From Syntrophaceae bacterium UBA2280 (GTDB lineage: Bacteria; Desulfobacterota; Syntrophia; Syntrophales; Smithellaceae): a stretch of DNA of 64,000 nucleotides. Below are positions 36,863 through 47,328 of the stretch, in pieces. The notes below the pieces were generated by a model. The model worked only from the letters and a program-made list of their open reading frames with translations. It was not told the DNA's origin and ran no database searches. A program made the position numbers and the translations under genes. How positions within the stretch are numbered: position 1 is the first letter of the stretch; every line of letters begins with the position of its first letter. The DNA is taken from positions 26,995 to 90,994 of the forward strand of contig DDWS01000026.1 of assembly GCA_002347685.1 (NCBI GenBank), read 5' to 3'.

Positions 36863-38617
36863 ATGATAACGGTGGCTCTCCGGCAACAAAACCCACGAAA
36901 CGAGGTTCCCTTGGAATACCAGGTTCTGGCCAGAAAATTTCGCCCGCAAACCTTTGACGACGTCGCCGGTCAGGAACACGTGGTCCGGACGCTGGCCAAC
37001 GCGATCGGACAGGGACGGATCGGACACGCATTTCTGTTTGCGGGTCCCCGGGGCGTCGGCAAAACGTCGATTGCGCGTATCCTGGCCAAATCCCTCAACT
37101 GCGAGACAGGCCCGACCGCCACCCCCTGCAATGTCTGCCCGAACTGCCGGGAAATTACGGAAGGCACGTCCATGGACGTGCGCGAAATCGACGGGGCGTC
37201 CAATCGCGGCATCGACGAAATCCGCGAGCTTCGGGAAAATGTTAAATTCGCGCCCGCCGCCTCCAAATACAAAATCTTCATCATCGATGAAGTCCACATG
37301 CTGACGCGAGAGGCCTTCAACGCGCTTTTAAAAACACTCGAAGAACCTCCCGGCCATGTCATTTTTATTTTCGCCACCACTGAAAATCACAAGGTACCGG
37401 CCACGATTCTTTCGCGCTGTCAGTGCTATGACTTCCGACGGATCTCCCTGGGACAGATCGCCGCCAATCTGGGCCGCCTGGCGGCCGCCGAAGGCATCAC
37501 CTGCAGCCCGGCGGCGCTTTCCTGGATTGCCGAAGCCGGCGACGGCTCCATGCGCGACGCCCAGAGCATATTCGATCAGGTGATTTCCTATGCGGGACTT
37601 TCCATTTCCGACGATGATGTGGAAGAAATCCTGGGACTTTCCGACCGCAGGTACCTGTATCGCCTCTCCGAAGCCGTCCTTAGGCGAGATGCCGCCACCT
37701 GCCTGATGATTCTGGAAGAAGCCTACCTGGCGGGCATCGACATGAAACATTTCTATTCGATGCTTTTAAAGCATTTCCGCAATCTGCTGCTGGTCAAAAT
37801 CACCGCCGACGGAAGCTCTTCTTTCGATATCGCGCCGGAACAGGCCGAAAAGCTTAAAGCCCAGGCAAAGGAGGTTTCCCGCGAGACTCTCCGGCGTTAT
37901 CTGGACATTCTGCTTTCTGAAGCCGACAGCCTGCGCCGCAGTCAGGAAGTGCGGATGAAAATCGAAACCATTCTGGTCAGGATGGCCTATCTGGAACCGG
38001 TTTTACCAGTGGGCGACATTCTGGCCGCGCTCGAATCGCTAGAACATAAACTTCAGCGCGAAACACCAACCTCGCAGGGCGGGGAGTCACCCACCCGGAT
38101 CGTAAGGCCGCCCCGGGAACCCATGCCGGCGCCCCGGGCCGAAGAACCGGCCGCGCTGGCCCGGCCGGAAGAGATCCCGGCCGGCACGGAGGCCAATCCC
38201 GTGAAAAATTCCGTGCCGGGCGAAGATCTGAAAAAATTCATCAAAAGACACAACGCGCGCCTGGGAGCAAAAATCGACGCGGCCTTGTCCTGGCGTTTTG
38301 AAAACGGCTGTTTGACACTCGCCTTCCCCGATGATTATATTTTTCTCGAAAGCGTCATGGAAAAATCCCAAAAGGAAGAGCTCGAAAGAATAGCCGGGGA
38401 ATACTATTCACAAAAAGTCTCTGTGACCGTCCAGACCGTCGCGGAATCCAGGCCCCGTGCAAGCAGCGGCAACGGACGCGGCGAGAAAGCAGGAAACCTC
38501 AATGAAATCAAGCGTGAAGCAATGAATTCTCCGCTTTTACAGAAGGTGCTCGACGAATTTGACGGCGCAGAACTCATAGAGATCAAACCCATCACGGATA
38601 AAAAACAAGGGGGATAA
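36863..38617 (+). CDS. dnaX: DNA polymerase III subunit gamma/tau
   Basis: Walker A GPRGVGKTS and zinc module CNVCPNC. The track ATG at 36863 begins 5 nt after the ffs 3-prime end. The TTG at 36911 (giving M-EYQVLARKFRP) is the more plausible start. Confidence 0.9.
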   Translation: MITVALRQQNPRNEVPLEYQVLARKFRPQTFDDVAGQEHVVRTLANAIGQGRIGHAFLFAGPRGVGKTSIARILAKSLNCETGPTATPCNVCPNCREITEGTSMDVREIDGASNRGIDEIRELRENVKFAPAASKYKIFIIDEVHMLTREAFNALLKTLEEPPGHVIFIFATTENHKVPATILSRCQCYDFRRISLGQIAANLGRLAAAEGITCSPAALSWIAEAGDGSMRDAQSIFDQVISYAGLSISDDDVEEILGLSDRRYLYRLSEAVLRRDAATCLMILEEAYLAGIDMKHFYSMLLKHFRNLLLVKITADGSSSFDIAPEQAEKLKAQAKEVSRETLRRYLDILLSEADSLRRSQEVRMKIETILVRMAYLEPVLPVGDILAALESLEHKLQRETPTSQGGESPTRIVRPPREPMPAPRAEEPAALARPEEIPAGTEANPVKNSVPGEDLKKFIKRHNARLGAKIDAALSWRFENGCLTLAFPDDYIFLESVMEKSQKEELERIAGEYYSQKVSVTVQTVAESRPRASSGNGRGEKAGNLNEIKREAMNSPLLQKVLDEFDGAELIEIKPITDKKQGG

Positions 38618-38621
38618 ACAA

Positions 38622-38936
38622 GTGCAAAATATCGGCAACATCATGAAACAGGCCAAAAAGATGCAGGAAAAAATCGGCCAGATGCAGCAGGAGCTGGAGA
38701 CGCGGACGGTTGAAGCCCAGGCGGGCGGCGGAATGGTGCGCGTCCTGGTGAATGGAAAATTCGAACTGGTTTCGCTTTCCATTGAAAAGGAAGTCGTCAA
38801 TCCCGAGGATATCGATATGCTTCAGGATCTGATCGCCGCCGCGGTCAACGAAGGCATCCGGAAGGCACAGGAAATGGCATCGGCCGAAATGGCGAAGATC
38901 ACAGGCGGCCTGGGCATTCCCGGTCTGGGCATGTAA
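38622..38936 (+). CDS. ybaB: YbaB/EbfC family nucleoid-associated protein
   Basis: 104 aa, with the [10 protein letters not shown]...GGG.V.V pattern. dnaX-ybaB-recR synteny. Confidence 0.9.
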   Translation: MQNIGNIMKQAKKMQEKIGQMQQELETRTVEAQAGGGMVRVLVNGKFELVSLSIEKEVVNPEDIDMLQDLIAAAVNEGIRKAQEMASAEMAKITGGLGIPGLGM

Positions 38937-38944
38937 GGCTGCCC

Positions 38945-39544
38945 ATGAAATCCTACGCACAACCCATTTCGCGCCTGATCGCGGAACTGGCCAAGCTTCC
39001 GGGAATCGGCGAAAAAACGGCGGCCCGGCTGGCCAATTATATTTTGCGCGCCACCCCCGACGATGTCGAAAAGCTCGCCGAAAGCCTGGTGGAAGTCAAA
39101 CGAAAAATCCGCCTGTGCCGGATCTGCCTCAATCCTACCGAGGAAGAGGTCTGCCATATTTGCAGCAATGGCAGCCGTGATCAGCATGTCATTTGCGTGG
39201 TGGAAGAACCAGACGCGCTGGCGGCTATTGAAGACAGCGGTGTGTATCATGGAATGTACCACGTATTGCACGGCGCGCTGGCGCCGCTCGACGGCATCGG
39301 GCCCGAACATCTGCGTCTGGGCGAACTTGCGCGGCGTGTCGCGGACGGCCGGATCACCGAATTGATACTGGCCACCAACCCCAACGTACACGGTGAAGCC
39401 ACAGCGCTTCTGATCACCCGAATGTTCAAGGATTCTAATCTCAAGATGACGCGCATCGCCATGGGTGTGCCGATGGGCGGCGATTTGAAGTATGTGGATA
39501 AAATGACCATCTCCAAGTCATTGGAGTTCCGCCGGGGCATGTAA
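38945..39544 (+). CDS. recR: recombination protein RecR
   Basis: HhH, C4 zinc finger [16 protein letters not shown], Toprim domain. Confidence 0.95.
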   Translation: MKSYAQPISRLIAELAKLPGIGEKTAARLANYILRATPDDVEKLAESLVEVKRKIRLCRICLNPTEEEVCHICSNGSRDQHVICVVEEPDALAAIEDSGVYHGMYHVLHGALAPLDGIGPEHLRLGELARRVADGRITELILATNPNVHGEATALLITRMFKDSNLKMTRIAMGVPMGGDLKYVDKMTISKSLEFRRGM

Positions 39545-39548
39545 CCTT

Positions 39549-40406
39549 ATGCAGGACAAAACCATGCGCGAAATCGACGCTCAACAAGTCACGGCAACCG
39601 TCAGGAAGCTGTTTATCGAGGCCAATACCACCTTGGGGCAAGACGTACTTTCAGCCCTGAAACGTGCAATCACGAAGGAAGAATCGGCCATCGGCCGACA
39701 GGTTCTGGAAAAAATTCTGCAAAACGCCGCAATCGCACGCGAAGGCTCGCTGCCGCTCTGCCAGGACACCGGCCTTGCGGTTTTGTTTGTCGAAATCGGG
39801 CAGGACGTCCGCATCGTCGGCGGCGATTTACGCGGCACCATCGAAGAGGGTGTCCGCCAGGCATACGCGGACGGCTTCTTGCGCAAATCCGTCTGTGATC
39901 CGCTGACCAGGGAAAACACGAAAGACAATACGCCGGCCGTGATCCACCTGGACATGGTGCCCGGTAATCAGTTGAAAATCATCGCCATGCCCAAGGGCGG
40001 CGGCAGTGAAAATATGAGCCGCGCCAAAATGCTCACGCCTTCGGCGGGGATCGACGGCATTAAAAAGTTTGTTTTGGAAACCGTGGAAAAAGCCGGCGCC
40101 AACCCCTGCCCGCCCATTGTCGTGGGCATTGGCATCGGCGGATCGCTCGAACACGCCTGCCTTCTGGCCAAAAAAGCCCTCTTGAGAGAAACAGGCAGCC
40201 CGCATCCGGCAGATCCGCGCCTGGCGCAATTGGAGGAGGAACTCTGCGGTCAGATTAACGCATTGGGCATCGGCCCCGCGGGTCTGGGCGGCAAAGTGAC
40301 CGCACTGGCCGTTCATGCCGAAATGGCACCCTGCCATATCGCCTCTTTGCCTGTGGCGGTCAATATCCAGTGTCATGTGGCCCGGCATCAGGAAGCAATC
40401 ATATGA
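39549..40406 (+). CDS. Fe-S class I fumarate hydratase (tartrate/fumarate hydro-lyase), alpha (N-terminal) subunit
   Basis: 285 aa. LCQDTG and KGGGSEN blocks. Confidence 0.85.
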   Translation: MQDKTMREIDAQQVTATVRKLFIEANTTLGQDVLSALKRAITKEESAIGRQVLEKILQNAAIAREGSLPLCQDTGLAVLFVEIGQDVRIVGGDLRGTIEEGVRQAYADGFLRKSVCDPLTRENTKDNTPAVIHLDMVPGNQLKIIAMPKGGGSENMSRAKMLTPSAGIDGIKKFVLETVEKAGANPCPPIVVGIGIGGSLEHACLLAKKALLRETGSPHPADPRLAQLEEELCGQINALGIGPAGLGGKVTALAVHAEMAPCHIASLPVAVNIQCHVARHQEAII

Positions 40407-40990
40407 ATGATAAAAGCAAGATGAGCGCAAACGAGGTTCTTTCCATCCGGACGCCTCTGAAAGCCGATGTGTGCGCCTCGCTTCGCTCAGGCGATATGGT
40501 GCTGCTTACAGGCTCGGTTTACACAGCGCGCGATGTGGCCCATCGGCGTCTTTATGAAGCGCTGAAAAAGGGGCTCCCTCTGCCGATAGATTTGTCGACC
40601 GCCACCATATTTTACGCCGCGCCTTCGCCCACGCCCACAGGCAGGATTATCGGCTCCATCGGCCCTACGACCAGCTACCGGATGGATGTGTTTACACCCG
40701 CGCTCATCGAACACGGGCTTCGGGGAATGATCGGCAAGGGCAGCCGGTCGCCGGAAGTCGTAGAGGCAATCAAACAATACGGCGCGGTTTATTTCGGTGC
40801 GATCGGCGGCATCGCCGCCCTTACAGCCCAATGCGTGAAAAGAATCGAACGGGTGGCCTATGATGATCTGGGCCCGGAAGCTATCCGCCGGCTGACGGTG
40901 GTCGATCTGCCGCTGGTTGTCATCAATGACACCCTGGGAAACGATTTGTATCTGTCTGAACAAAGCAGATGGCGTATCATTCCGGAATAA
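40403..40990 (+). CDS. Fe-S class I fumarate hydratase, beta (C-terminal) subunit
   Basis: ATGA overlap with the alpha subunit. GSVYTARD and IGKG blocks. Start trimmed from 40370. Confidence 0.85.
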   Translation: MNDKSKMSANEVLSIRTPLKADVCASLRSGDMVLLTGSVYTARDVAHRRLYEALKKGLPLPIDLSTATIFYAAPSPTPTGRIIGSIGPTTSYRMDVFTPALIEHGLRGMIGKGSRSPEVVEAIKQYGAVYFGAIGGIAALTAQCVKRIERVAYDDLGPEAIRRLTVVDLPLVVINDTLGNDLYLSEQSRWRIIPE

Positions 40991-41090
40991 CGGTTGTTGT
41001 ATTTTTTTGGCGAAAAAACATTGACTCCATAATATTTCTATAATATGAATGCGAGTCATTTTCATAATATAATGAAGGAGATTCTGATAG

Positions 41091-41639
41091 ATGATCGAAG
41101 TAAGATGGCATGGCCGGGGCGGTCAGGGAGCGGTAACGTCGGTGGAATTACTGGCGGTATCCGCGATTGCCGCGGGGAAATTCGCCCAGGGGTTCCCCAG
41201 TTTCGGCCCGGAAAGAAGAGGAGCGCCTGTCGCCGCGTTTACCCGTATTGACGACAAGAAAATCAACGTCCGATCAGGCATTTATGATCCGGATGTGGTC
41301 CTGGTGCTCGATTCCAGTCTGATCGGCCTGGTTCCTGTCACAGACGGGCTGAAACCGGGCGGGAAGCTGATTGTCAACACGCACAAAACCCCCGACGAGA
41401 TCCGCAAAGCGCTCAATTACGCAGGGACATTGGCCCTCGTGGACGGCACAGGCATTGCGCGCAAGGAAATGGGCGTGCCCATTGCCAACACCACGATGAT
41501 CGGTGCGCTTTTAAAGGTCACCGGCGTGATGGATCTTGACGCGATGAAGGAAGCAGTAGAGCACCGGTTTGGCAGAATCGCTCAGAAGAACATCAACGCG
41601 ATGAAACGGGCCTACGACGAAATAACCATAAGCAATTAA
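41091..41639 (+). CDS. 2-oxoacid:ferredoxin oxidoreductase, gamma subunit (Por/Vor type)
   Basis: 182 aa. Starts RWHGRGGQG, as gamma subunits do. Confidence 0.85.
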   Translation: MIEVRWHGRGGQGAVTSVELLAVSAIAAGKFAQGFPSFGPERRGAPVAAFTRIDDKKINVRSGIYDPDVVLVLDSSLIGLVPVTDGLKPGGKLIVNTHKTPDEIRKALNYAGTLALVDGTGIARKEMGVPIANTTMIGALLKVTGVMDLDAMKEAVEHRFGRIAQKNINAMKRAYDEITISN

Positions 41640-41652
41640 GAGGAAAATTCAT

Positions 41653-41931
41653 ATGGCATTGAAAACATGGAGGGAACTTCCCATCGGCTGTGTAGTGACC
41701 GAACCGGGGAGCGCCAGTGAGTACCACACGGGCAGCTGGCGGTCGCAGCGGCCTATCTGGGATGACGCCAAATGCATCAAGTGCGGCATCTGTTATGTGT
41801 ATTGTCCGGAAGGCTGCGTGCAGCAGACTGAGGATGGTTTCTTTAAAGCGAACATGGACTATTGCAAGGGATGCGGCATTTGTGCCCACGAATGCTGGCC
41901 CCGCGCAATCAAGATGGTAGAGGAGGAATAA
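41653..41931 (+). CDS. 2-oxoacid:ferredoxin oxidoreductase, delta subunit (2x[4Fe-4S])
   Basis: CIKCGICYVYCP and CKGCGICAHEC cluster motifs. Confidence 0.85.
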   Translation: MALKTWRELPIGCVVTEPGSASEYHTGSWRSQRPIWDDAKCIKCGICYVYCPEGCVQQTEDGFFKANMDYCKGCGICAHECWPRAIKMVEEE

Positions 41932-41933
41932 AC

Positions 41934-43109
41934 ATGGCCAAGCGCGTAGGATTGGAAGTAACCGTCGCCGTGGCCGAAGCCGTGGCGCTATGCCGAATTG
42001 ACATGGCGGGCGTTTATCCCATCACCCCCCAGTCGCACATCGCGGAACACCTCTCCAACATGGTGGCCGACGGCTTGCTGGATGCGGAATTTGTAACCGT
42101 GGAATCCGAACACTCGGCCATGAGCGCGGTCATAGGCGCATCCGGCGCCGGCGCACGCGCCTATACGGCAACCGCCTCCCAGGGCCTTTTATTGATGAAC
42201 GAACTTCTGCCCATCGCCTCGGCGATGCGTCTGCCGATCTGCATGGCCGTCGCCAACCGGGCGGTCTCCGGCCCGTTGAACATTTTGAACGATCATTCAG
42301 ATATTATGCCTCAGCGCGACACCGGCTGGATCTCCCTTTTTGCGGAAAACAGCCAGGAAGCCGTCGATCTTTCCATTCAGGCTTTCCGGATCGCGGAAGA
42401 TCAGGATGTCATGCTGCCGGTTAATGTCAACATCGATGGATTTCAGCTGACACACATGGTGGAACCCGTGGAGATGCCCACGCAGGAAGAAGTAGATCAA
42501 TTCCTGCCCCCTTTTGTGCCGCACGCGACACTGCATCCCTCAAAGCCCGTTACGATGGGAGCCTTTTCCATGGCCGATTACTTCACCGAAATCATGAAGG
42601 CCAAAGACGAGGCCATCAGAAATTCTAAAAAGGTCATTCTGGACGTTTGGGAAGAATGGGGCCGACTGTTCGGACGCAGCTACAAACCGGTGGAATCCTA
42701 TAAAGCAGATGATGCGGAAACACTCATCCTGACAATGGGCTCCATGGGCGAAACCGCCCAGCTGGCCATTGATGAACTCCGCGACAAAGGCGTCAAGGCG
42801 GGGCTTATTAAACTGCGACTCTGGCGGCCCTTCCCGTTTGCGGAAATCAAGGCCGCAGTGAAAAACACGAAAAAACTGATTGTCACCGACCGCGCCGTAT
42901 CCTTCGGCGGTCCCGGCGGTCCCGTTTTTTCGGAAATCAAGTCGGCGCTCTACGCCGAAACGACGCGCCCCGCGATCTACAATTATATTTACGGACTGGG
43001 CGGACGCGACATCACCGTGCATGATTTTGTCGGCATGTTTGAGAAAGTTCTGGCGGATACGGAAAACTCATCAGCGGACACGTATGAATTTTGGGGAGTG
43101 AGAGAATGA
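41934..43109 (+). CDS. 2-oxoacid:ferredoxin oxidoreductase, alpha subunit
   Basis: MAKRVGLEV start after an AGGAGGA RBS, trimmed from 41862. PorA/VorA-like, 391 aa. Confidence 0.85.
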   Translation: MAKRVGLEVTVAVAEAVALCRIDMAGVYPITPQSHIAEHLSNMVADGLLDAEFVTVESEHSAMSAVIGASGAGARAYTATASQGLLLMNELLPIASAMRLPICMAVANRAVSGPLNILNDHSDIMPQRDTGWISLFAENSQEAVDLSIQAFRIAEDQDVMLPVNVNIDGFQLTHMVEPVEMPTQEEVDQFLPPFVPHATLHPSKPVTMGAFSMADYFTEIMKAKDEAIRNSKKVILDVWEEWGRLFGRSYKPVESYKADDAETLILTMGSMGETAQLAIDELRDKGVKAGLIKLRLWRPFPFAEIKAAVKNTKKLIVTDRAVSFGGPGGPVFSEIKSALYAETTRPAIYNYIYGLGGRDITVHDFVGMFEKVLADTENSSADTYEFWGVRE

Positions 43110-44062
43110 TGAATATCGTAGAGAATTTTGATTTATTTGCCCCGCGGCTGATCAATAAGCAGGAACTGCTTTCCTCAGGCCACCGCGCCTGTTCCGGCTG
43201 CGCCGAGGTGCTGGCCGTGCGGCTGATGTGCAAGGCGCTCGGCGAAAACACCGTCATCGCCTCCGCGACCGGCTGTATGGAAATCGTCTCGAGCATGTTT
43301 CCTACCACCGCCTGGCGTGTGCCCTGGATTCATGTCGCGTTTGAAAACGCGGCGGCCGTGGCATCCGGTGTGGAAGCGGGCCTCAAGGCACTGCGGAAAA
43401 AGGGAAAGATCGACGACCGCTATATTAAGGTCGTCGGCATGGCCGGCGACGGCGGCACCATGGACATCGGCTTCCAGGCGCTCTCCGGCGCGATGGAACG
43501 CGGACACGACATGATGTATGTCTGTTTCGACAACGAAGCCTACATGAACACCGGCATCCAGCGCTCCAGCGGCACGCCGATGGGCGCATCTACTACAACC
43601 GCTCCGGCAGGAAAGATCAGCTCCGGACAGAAAACCTGGAAGAAAAACATGCCGGACATTATGGTCGCTCACAATGTGCCCTATGTGGCGACCGTCTGCC
43701 CCAGCTACCCGCTGGACTTCATCCGTAAAATCGAAAAAGCCAAAAGCATCAAGGGGCCTTCCTATATCCACTGCTTCTCCGTGTGCCCGACCGGCTGGCG
43801 CTCCCCTTCGCATACAGCAATTTCCATGGGCCGCCTGGCGGTTGAAACCGGCGTCTTCCCGCTTTTTGAAGTGGAAAACGGTCACTACCGGGTTTCTCCG
43901 GACATGCCCAAAATACTCAAACCGATCCGGGACTACTTCAAACCGCAGGGGCGCTTCCGCCACCTGACGGCTGAAGAAATCGACCTGATCCAGGAACGGG
44001 TGATCATCGAGCACAAAAAGCTCATGGAAAAAGCCAAATATCTGAAAACAGGGAACGAATAA
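43106..44062 (+). CDS. 2-oxoacid:ferredoxin oxidoreductase, beta subunit (TPP-binding)
   Basis: CSGC and GMAGDGGTMDIG TPP motif. ATGA overlap with the alpha subunit. Confidence 0.85.
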   Translation: MMNIVENFDLFAPRLINKQELLSSGHRACSGCAEVLAVRLMCKALGENTVIASATGCMEIVSSMFPTTAWRVPWIHVAFENAAAVASGVEAGLKALRKKGKIDDRYIKVVGMAGDGGTMDIGFQALSGAMERGHDMMYVCFDNEAYMNTGIQRSSGTPMGASTTTAPAGKISSGQKTWKKNMPDIMVAHNVPYVATVCPSYPLDFIRKIEKAKSIKGPSYIHCFSVCPTGWRSPSHTAISMGRLAVETGVFPLFEVENGHYRVSPDMPKILKPIRDYFKPQGRFRHLTAEEIDLIQERVIIEHKKLMEKAKYLKTGNE

Positions 44063-44094
44063 AAACCCGTAAAGAATACCGAGGTGAGGCAAGC

Positions 44095-44580
44095 ATGAAA
44101 AAAACCGCGAATTTTACAGCAAAAACCAAGGCAATTGTCAAAAAACACGGGGGCGACAGAAGCGCGCTCATCGCCGTGTTGCAGGATATTCAGGAAACAT
44201 TCAATTATCTCCCCAAAGAGGCTATGAACACGGTCAGCACCATGATGGGAATCCCGGCCAGTCGTGTTTACGAAGTCGCTACTTTTTACAACGCCTTCAG
44301 CCTGAATCCGCGAGGGAAACACATTGTGAAAATCTGTGTGGGCACAGCCTGTCACGTCCGCGGTGCATCGGCCATACAGGACAAATTCGAGCAGAAGCTG
44401 CTTATAAAACCGGGCGAAACGAATCAGGATCAGCAGTTCACTCTGGAACTAGTCAATTGTGTGGGTGCCTGCGCGCTCGGTCCCGTAGTCGTCATCGATA
44501 CGGAATATCACGGGCAGATGACGATGAATAAGGTGGATAAAATCATCAATGAGATAAACAAAGAGGGGGCGCAGCAATGA
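44095..44580 (+). CDS. NuoE/HydC-like [2Fe-2S] thioredoxin-fold subunit
   Basis: [10 protein letters not shown]...CVGACALGP cluster ligands. Confidence 0.85.
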   Translation: MKKTANFTAKTKAIVKKHGGDRSALIAVLQDIQETFNYLPKEAMNTVSTMMGIPASRVYEVATFYNAFSLNPRGKHIVKICVGTACHVRGASAIQDKFEQKLLIKPGETNQDQQFTLELVNCVGACALGPVVVIDTEYHGQMTMNKVDKIINEINKEGAQQ

Positions 44581-46424
44581 CAAAAATTACGACTGCTCAG
44601 GCCTTGCGCCAGGTTCAGGAAGATCTGAAGAAAAATTTTGATCCGACCAAGAAGCTCGTTACCATCTGCGCCGGCACCGGCTGCCGCGGGTACGGCTGCA
44701 TCAAAGTTAAAGAAGAACTCGAAGCGGAAATGAAAAAGCAGAACATGGACGTGGAAGTCCGCGCCACCGGCTGTTTCGGTTTCTGTGAAAAAGGCCCTCT
44801 GGTGATCATCCATCCGGAAAAAATATTCTATCAGCAGGTCAAGATAAAAGACGTGCCGGATATTGTCTCCAAAACCGTAGCCAACGGAGAAGTTCTGGAA
44901 AAACTGCTCTACCGCGATCCGGAAACGAAGGAAACCGTGCTCAAGGAAGAGGACGTTCCTTTTTACAAAAAACAGCTCCGCCTGGTTTTCGGCCAAAACG
45001 GCATGATCGATCCCACACGGATTGAGGACTACCTGATCATCGGCGGTTATACGGCGCTGGCCAAGACCCTGTCTGAGATGAGCCCGGAGGGTGTCATCAG
45101 CGAAGTGAAAAAAGCCGGCCTGCGGGGACGCGGCGGCGGCGGTTTCGCGGCGGGTATTAAATGGGAAGGATCGCGCAGAGCGCATGGCTCGCCCAAATAT
45201 GTCATCGCCAACGGCGACGAAGGCGATCCCGGCGCTTACATGGATCGCAGCCTCATGGAAGGCAATCCCCACAGCATCATCGAAGGAATGATCATCGGTG
45301 CATACGCGATCGGCGCTTCCGAAGGCTATATCTACGTGAGAAACGAATATCCCCTGGCCGTGCTGCACCTGACCATGGCGATTTCGGCCGCCAAGGAGGC
45401 GGGGCTTCTGGGCAAAAACATCCTGGGGACGGACTTTTCGTTTGATATCCATATCAACAAAGGCGGCGGCGCTTTCGTCTGCGGAGAATCCTCCGCTTTG
45501 TTTGCCTCCATCGAAGGCCGCGCCGGCGAGCCGCGCGCCAAATACGTCCACGCGGTGGAAAAAGGTTTGTGGGATAAGCCCACAGTTCTCAACAACGTGG
45601 AAACATGGGCCAACGTACCGCTTATCATCAGCCGCGGCGCTGACTGGTATAACACCATCGGCACGGAAGGCTCCAAGGGCACGAAAATCTTCTCGCTCGT
45701 CGGAAAAATCAACAACACGGGCCTCATTGAAGTCCCGATGGGCATGACGCTTCGCGAAATCATCCACGATATGGGCGGCGGCATTCCCAATGGCCGCAAG
45801 TTCAAAGCCGTGCAGACCGGCGGCCCTTCCGGCGGATGCATTCCGGAGAATCTGCTCGATCTGCCGGTCGATTTCGACAAGCTCTATGAGGTCGGTTCCA
45901 TGATGGGTTCCGGAGGCATGATCGTCATGGATGATAAATCCTGCATGGTCGATGTCGCCAGATACTTCCTGAACTTCCTTCAGGAAGAATCATGCGGTAA
46001 GTGCGTTCCCTGCCGCGAAGGCGTCCGACGCATGAGAGAAATACTCGACGACATCTGCGCGGGGAAGGGAAGGGAAGGCGACGTGGATCTTCTCGAGCAT
46101 ATTTCCACCGGCGTCGCGGACGGATCGCTTTGCGCGCTGGGCGGCTCGGCTCCCAACCCGGTGCTGAGCACCATTAAATATTTCCGCGATGAATACGAAG
46201 CCCACATCAAAGACCACCGCTGCCCGGCAGGCGTCTGCAAGGCACTCATCACCTACAGCATCGATGCTGAGAAATGCACCGGCTGTATGCTGTGCAGCAG
46301 GGTATGCTCCGTAGGGGCCATCCACGGCGAAAAGAAAAGGGCTCATGTCATTGACGACGACACGTGCACACGCTGCGGCGCGTGTATCGAAAGCTGTAAA
46401 TTTGATGCAATTCTTGTGAAATAA
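44577..46424 (+). CDS. NuoF/HydB-like NAD(P)H-binding flavoprotein with an extra N-terminal 2Fe-2S and C-terminal 2x[4Fe-4S] domains
   Basis: GRGGGGF FMN/NADH site, [13 protein letters not shown]3 cluster, [11 protein letters not shown] and [11 protein letters not shown]. Confidence 0.85.
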   Translation: MTKITTAQALRQVQEDLKKNFDPTKKLVTICAGTGCRGYGCIKVKEELEAEMKKQNMDVEVRATGCFGFCEKGPLVIIHPEKIFYQQVKIKDVPDIVSKTVANGEVLEKLLYRDPETKETVLKEEDVPFYKKQLRLVFGQNGMIDPTRIEDYLIIGGYTALAKTLSEMSPEGVISEVKKAGLRGRGGGGFAAGIKWEGSRRAHGSPKYVIANGDEGDPGAYMDRSLMEGNPHSIIEGMIIGAYAIGASEGYIYVRNEYPLAVLHLTMAISAAKEAGLLGKNILGTDFSFDIHINKGGGAFVCGESSALFASIEGRAGEPRAKYVHAVEKGLWDKPTVLNNVETWANVPLIISRGADWYNTIGTEGSKGTKIFSLVGKINNTGLIEVPMGMTLREIIHDMGGGIPNGRKFKAVQTGGPSGGCIPENLLDLPVDFDKLYEVGSMMGSGGMIVMDDKSCMVDVARYFLNFLQEESCGKCVPCREGVRRMREILDDICAGKGREGDVDLLEHISTGVADGSLCALGGSAPNPVLSTIKYFRDEYEAHIKDHRCPAGVCKALITYSIDAEKCTGCMLCSRVCSVGAIHGEKKRAHVIDDDTCTRCGACIESCKFDAILVK

Positions 46425-46439
46425 GGGGTAGATGAAACC

Positions 46440-47153
46440 ATGATAAATATGATCATTGACGGAAAAAACGTAACAGCGCCCAAAGACACTATGCTTCTGG
46501 AGGCCATCCGCGGCGCGGGGATTTCGGTACCCACCCTGTGCGCGCATGAATCCGTATCGCGCTCCGGCGCCTGTCGCCTGTGCGTGGTGGAAATTAAAAA
46601 GGGCAACCGGACGCGAATTGTCACATCCTGCCTGTATGGCGTGGAAGAAGGGCTGATCGTCAACACGAAAAGCGACCGCGTAAAAAACGTACGGCGGCTG
46701 GTCATGGAGCTTCTGCTCGCACGCTGCCCCGAATCCGACCTGCTTCAGAAAATGGCCAAGGAGATGGGCATTGAGGCCCAGCCCCGATTTACGCCGGATA
46801 CCGACAAGGGCACCTGTATTTTATGCCGTTCGTGCGTTCGGGTCTGCGAAGAGGTCGTGGGTGTCAGCGCCATCGGGCTTTTTGCCCGCGGCTCTCGCAA
46901 GACGGTGGGAACGCCATTTATGGAACAATCCGACGCCTGCATCGGTTGCGGCGCGTGCGTCTATGTCTGCCCCACGAACCACATCGTCATGACATCGACC
47001 GGCGAAAAGCGGAAAATCTGGGGGCGCAATTTCAAAATGCAGGCCTGTTCCAAATGCGGCAAGTTTTTCGCCCCGGTAGATCAATTAAAGTTCATCAGCA
47101 AAAAAACCGGAACCTCCATGGAGGATCTTGCCGTCTGCACAGAATGCAGATAG
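46440..47153 (+). CDS. NuoG/HydA N-terminal-like FeS protein (2Fe-2S plus 4Fe-4S domains, no catalytic domain)
   Basis: CAHESVSRSGACRLC, CILCRSCVRVCEE, CIGCGACVYVCP. At 237 aa it has no H-cluster or molybdopterin domain. Confidence 0.8.
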   Translation: MINMIIDGKNVTAPKDTMLLEAIRGAGISVPTLCAHESVSRSGACRLCVVEIKKGNRTRIVTSCLYGVEEGLIVNTKSDRVKNVRRLVMELLLARCPESDLLQKMAKEMGIEAQPRFTPDTDKGTCILCRSCVRVCEEVVGVSAIGLFARGSRKTVGTPFMEQSDACIGCGACVYVCPTNHIVMTSTGEKRKIWGRNFKMQACSKCGKFFAPVDQLKFISKKTGTSMEDLAVCTECR

Positions 47154-47226
47154 ACGTGTTGCCATTGAATCGTCCGGAGATTTCCGCTTCATGAAAAAAA
47201 AGCGGCCCTTCGGGACTATGAAATCC

Positions 47227-47269
47227 ATCCGGAAAGGGGCATCCTGAACGCCCCTTTCCGGATTTTTTT
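47227..47269. terminator. rho-independent terminator between convergent operons
   Basis: ATCCGGAAAGGGGC-loop-GCCCCTTTCCGGAT followed by TTTTTTT. Confidence 0.8.
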
Positions 47270-47328
47270 ATTTATATGCATACAGGATTTTCAAGACTTT
47301 TTTTGCCCGGCTTTAGACTCGACAGTCT

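Noticed and set aside
38226-38240. A-run (CTG AAA AAA TTC) in dnaX as a possible gamma/tau frameshift site.
   Set aside because: In this frame it is not an X XXY YYZ slippery heptamer like the E. coli A AAA AAG. It also has no obvious downstream stem-loop, and the -1 frame runs more than 20 codons before a stop.
41021-41070. Possible sigma-70 promoter (TTGACT ... TATAAT/TAATAT) upstream of the oxidoreductase operon.
   Set aside because: The spacer between the candidate -35 and -10 hexamers is only 12-14 nt, so I cannot support a specific call.
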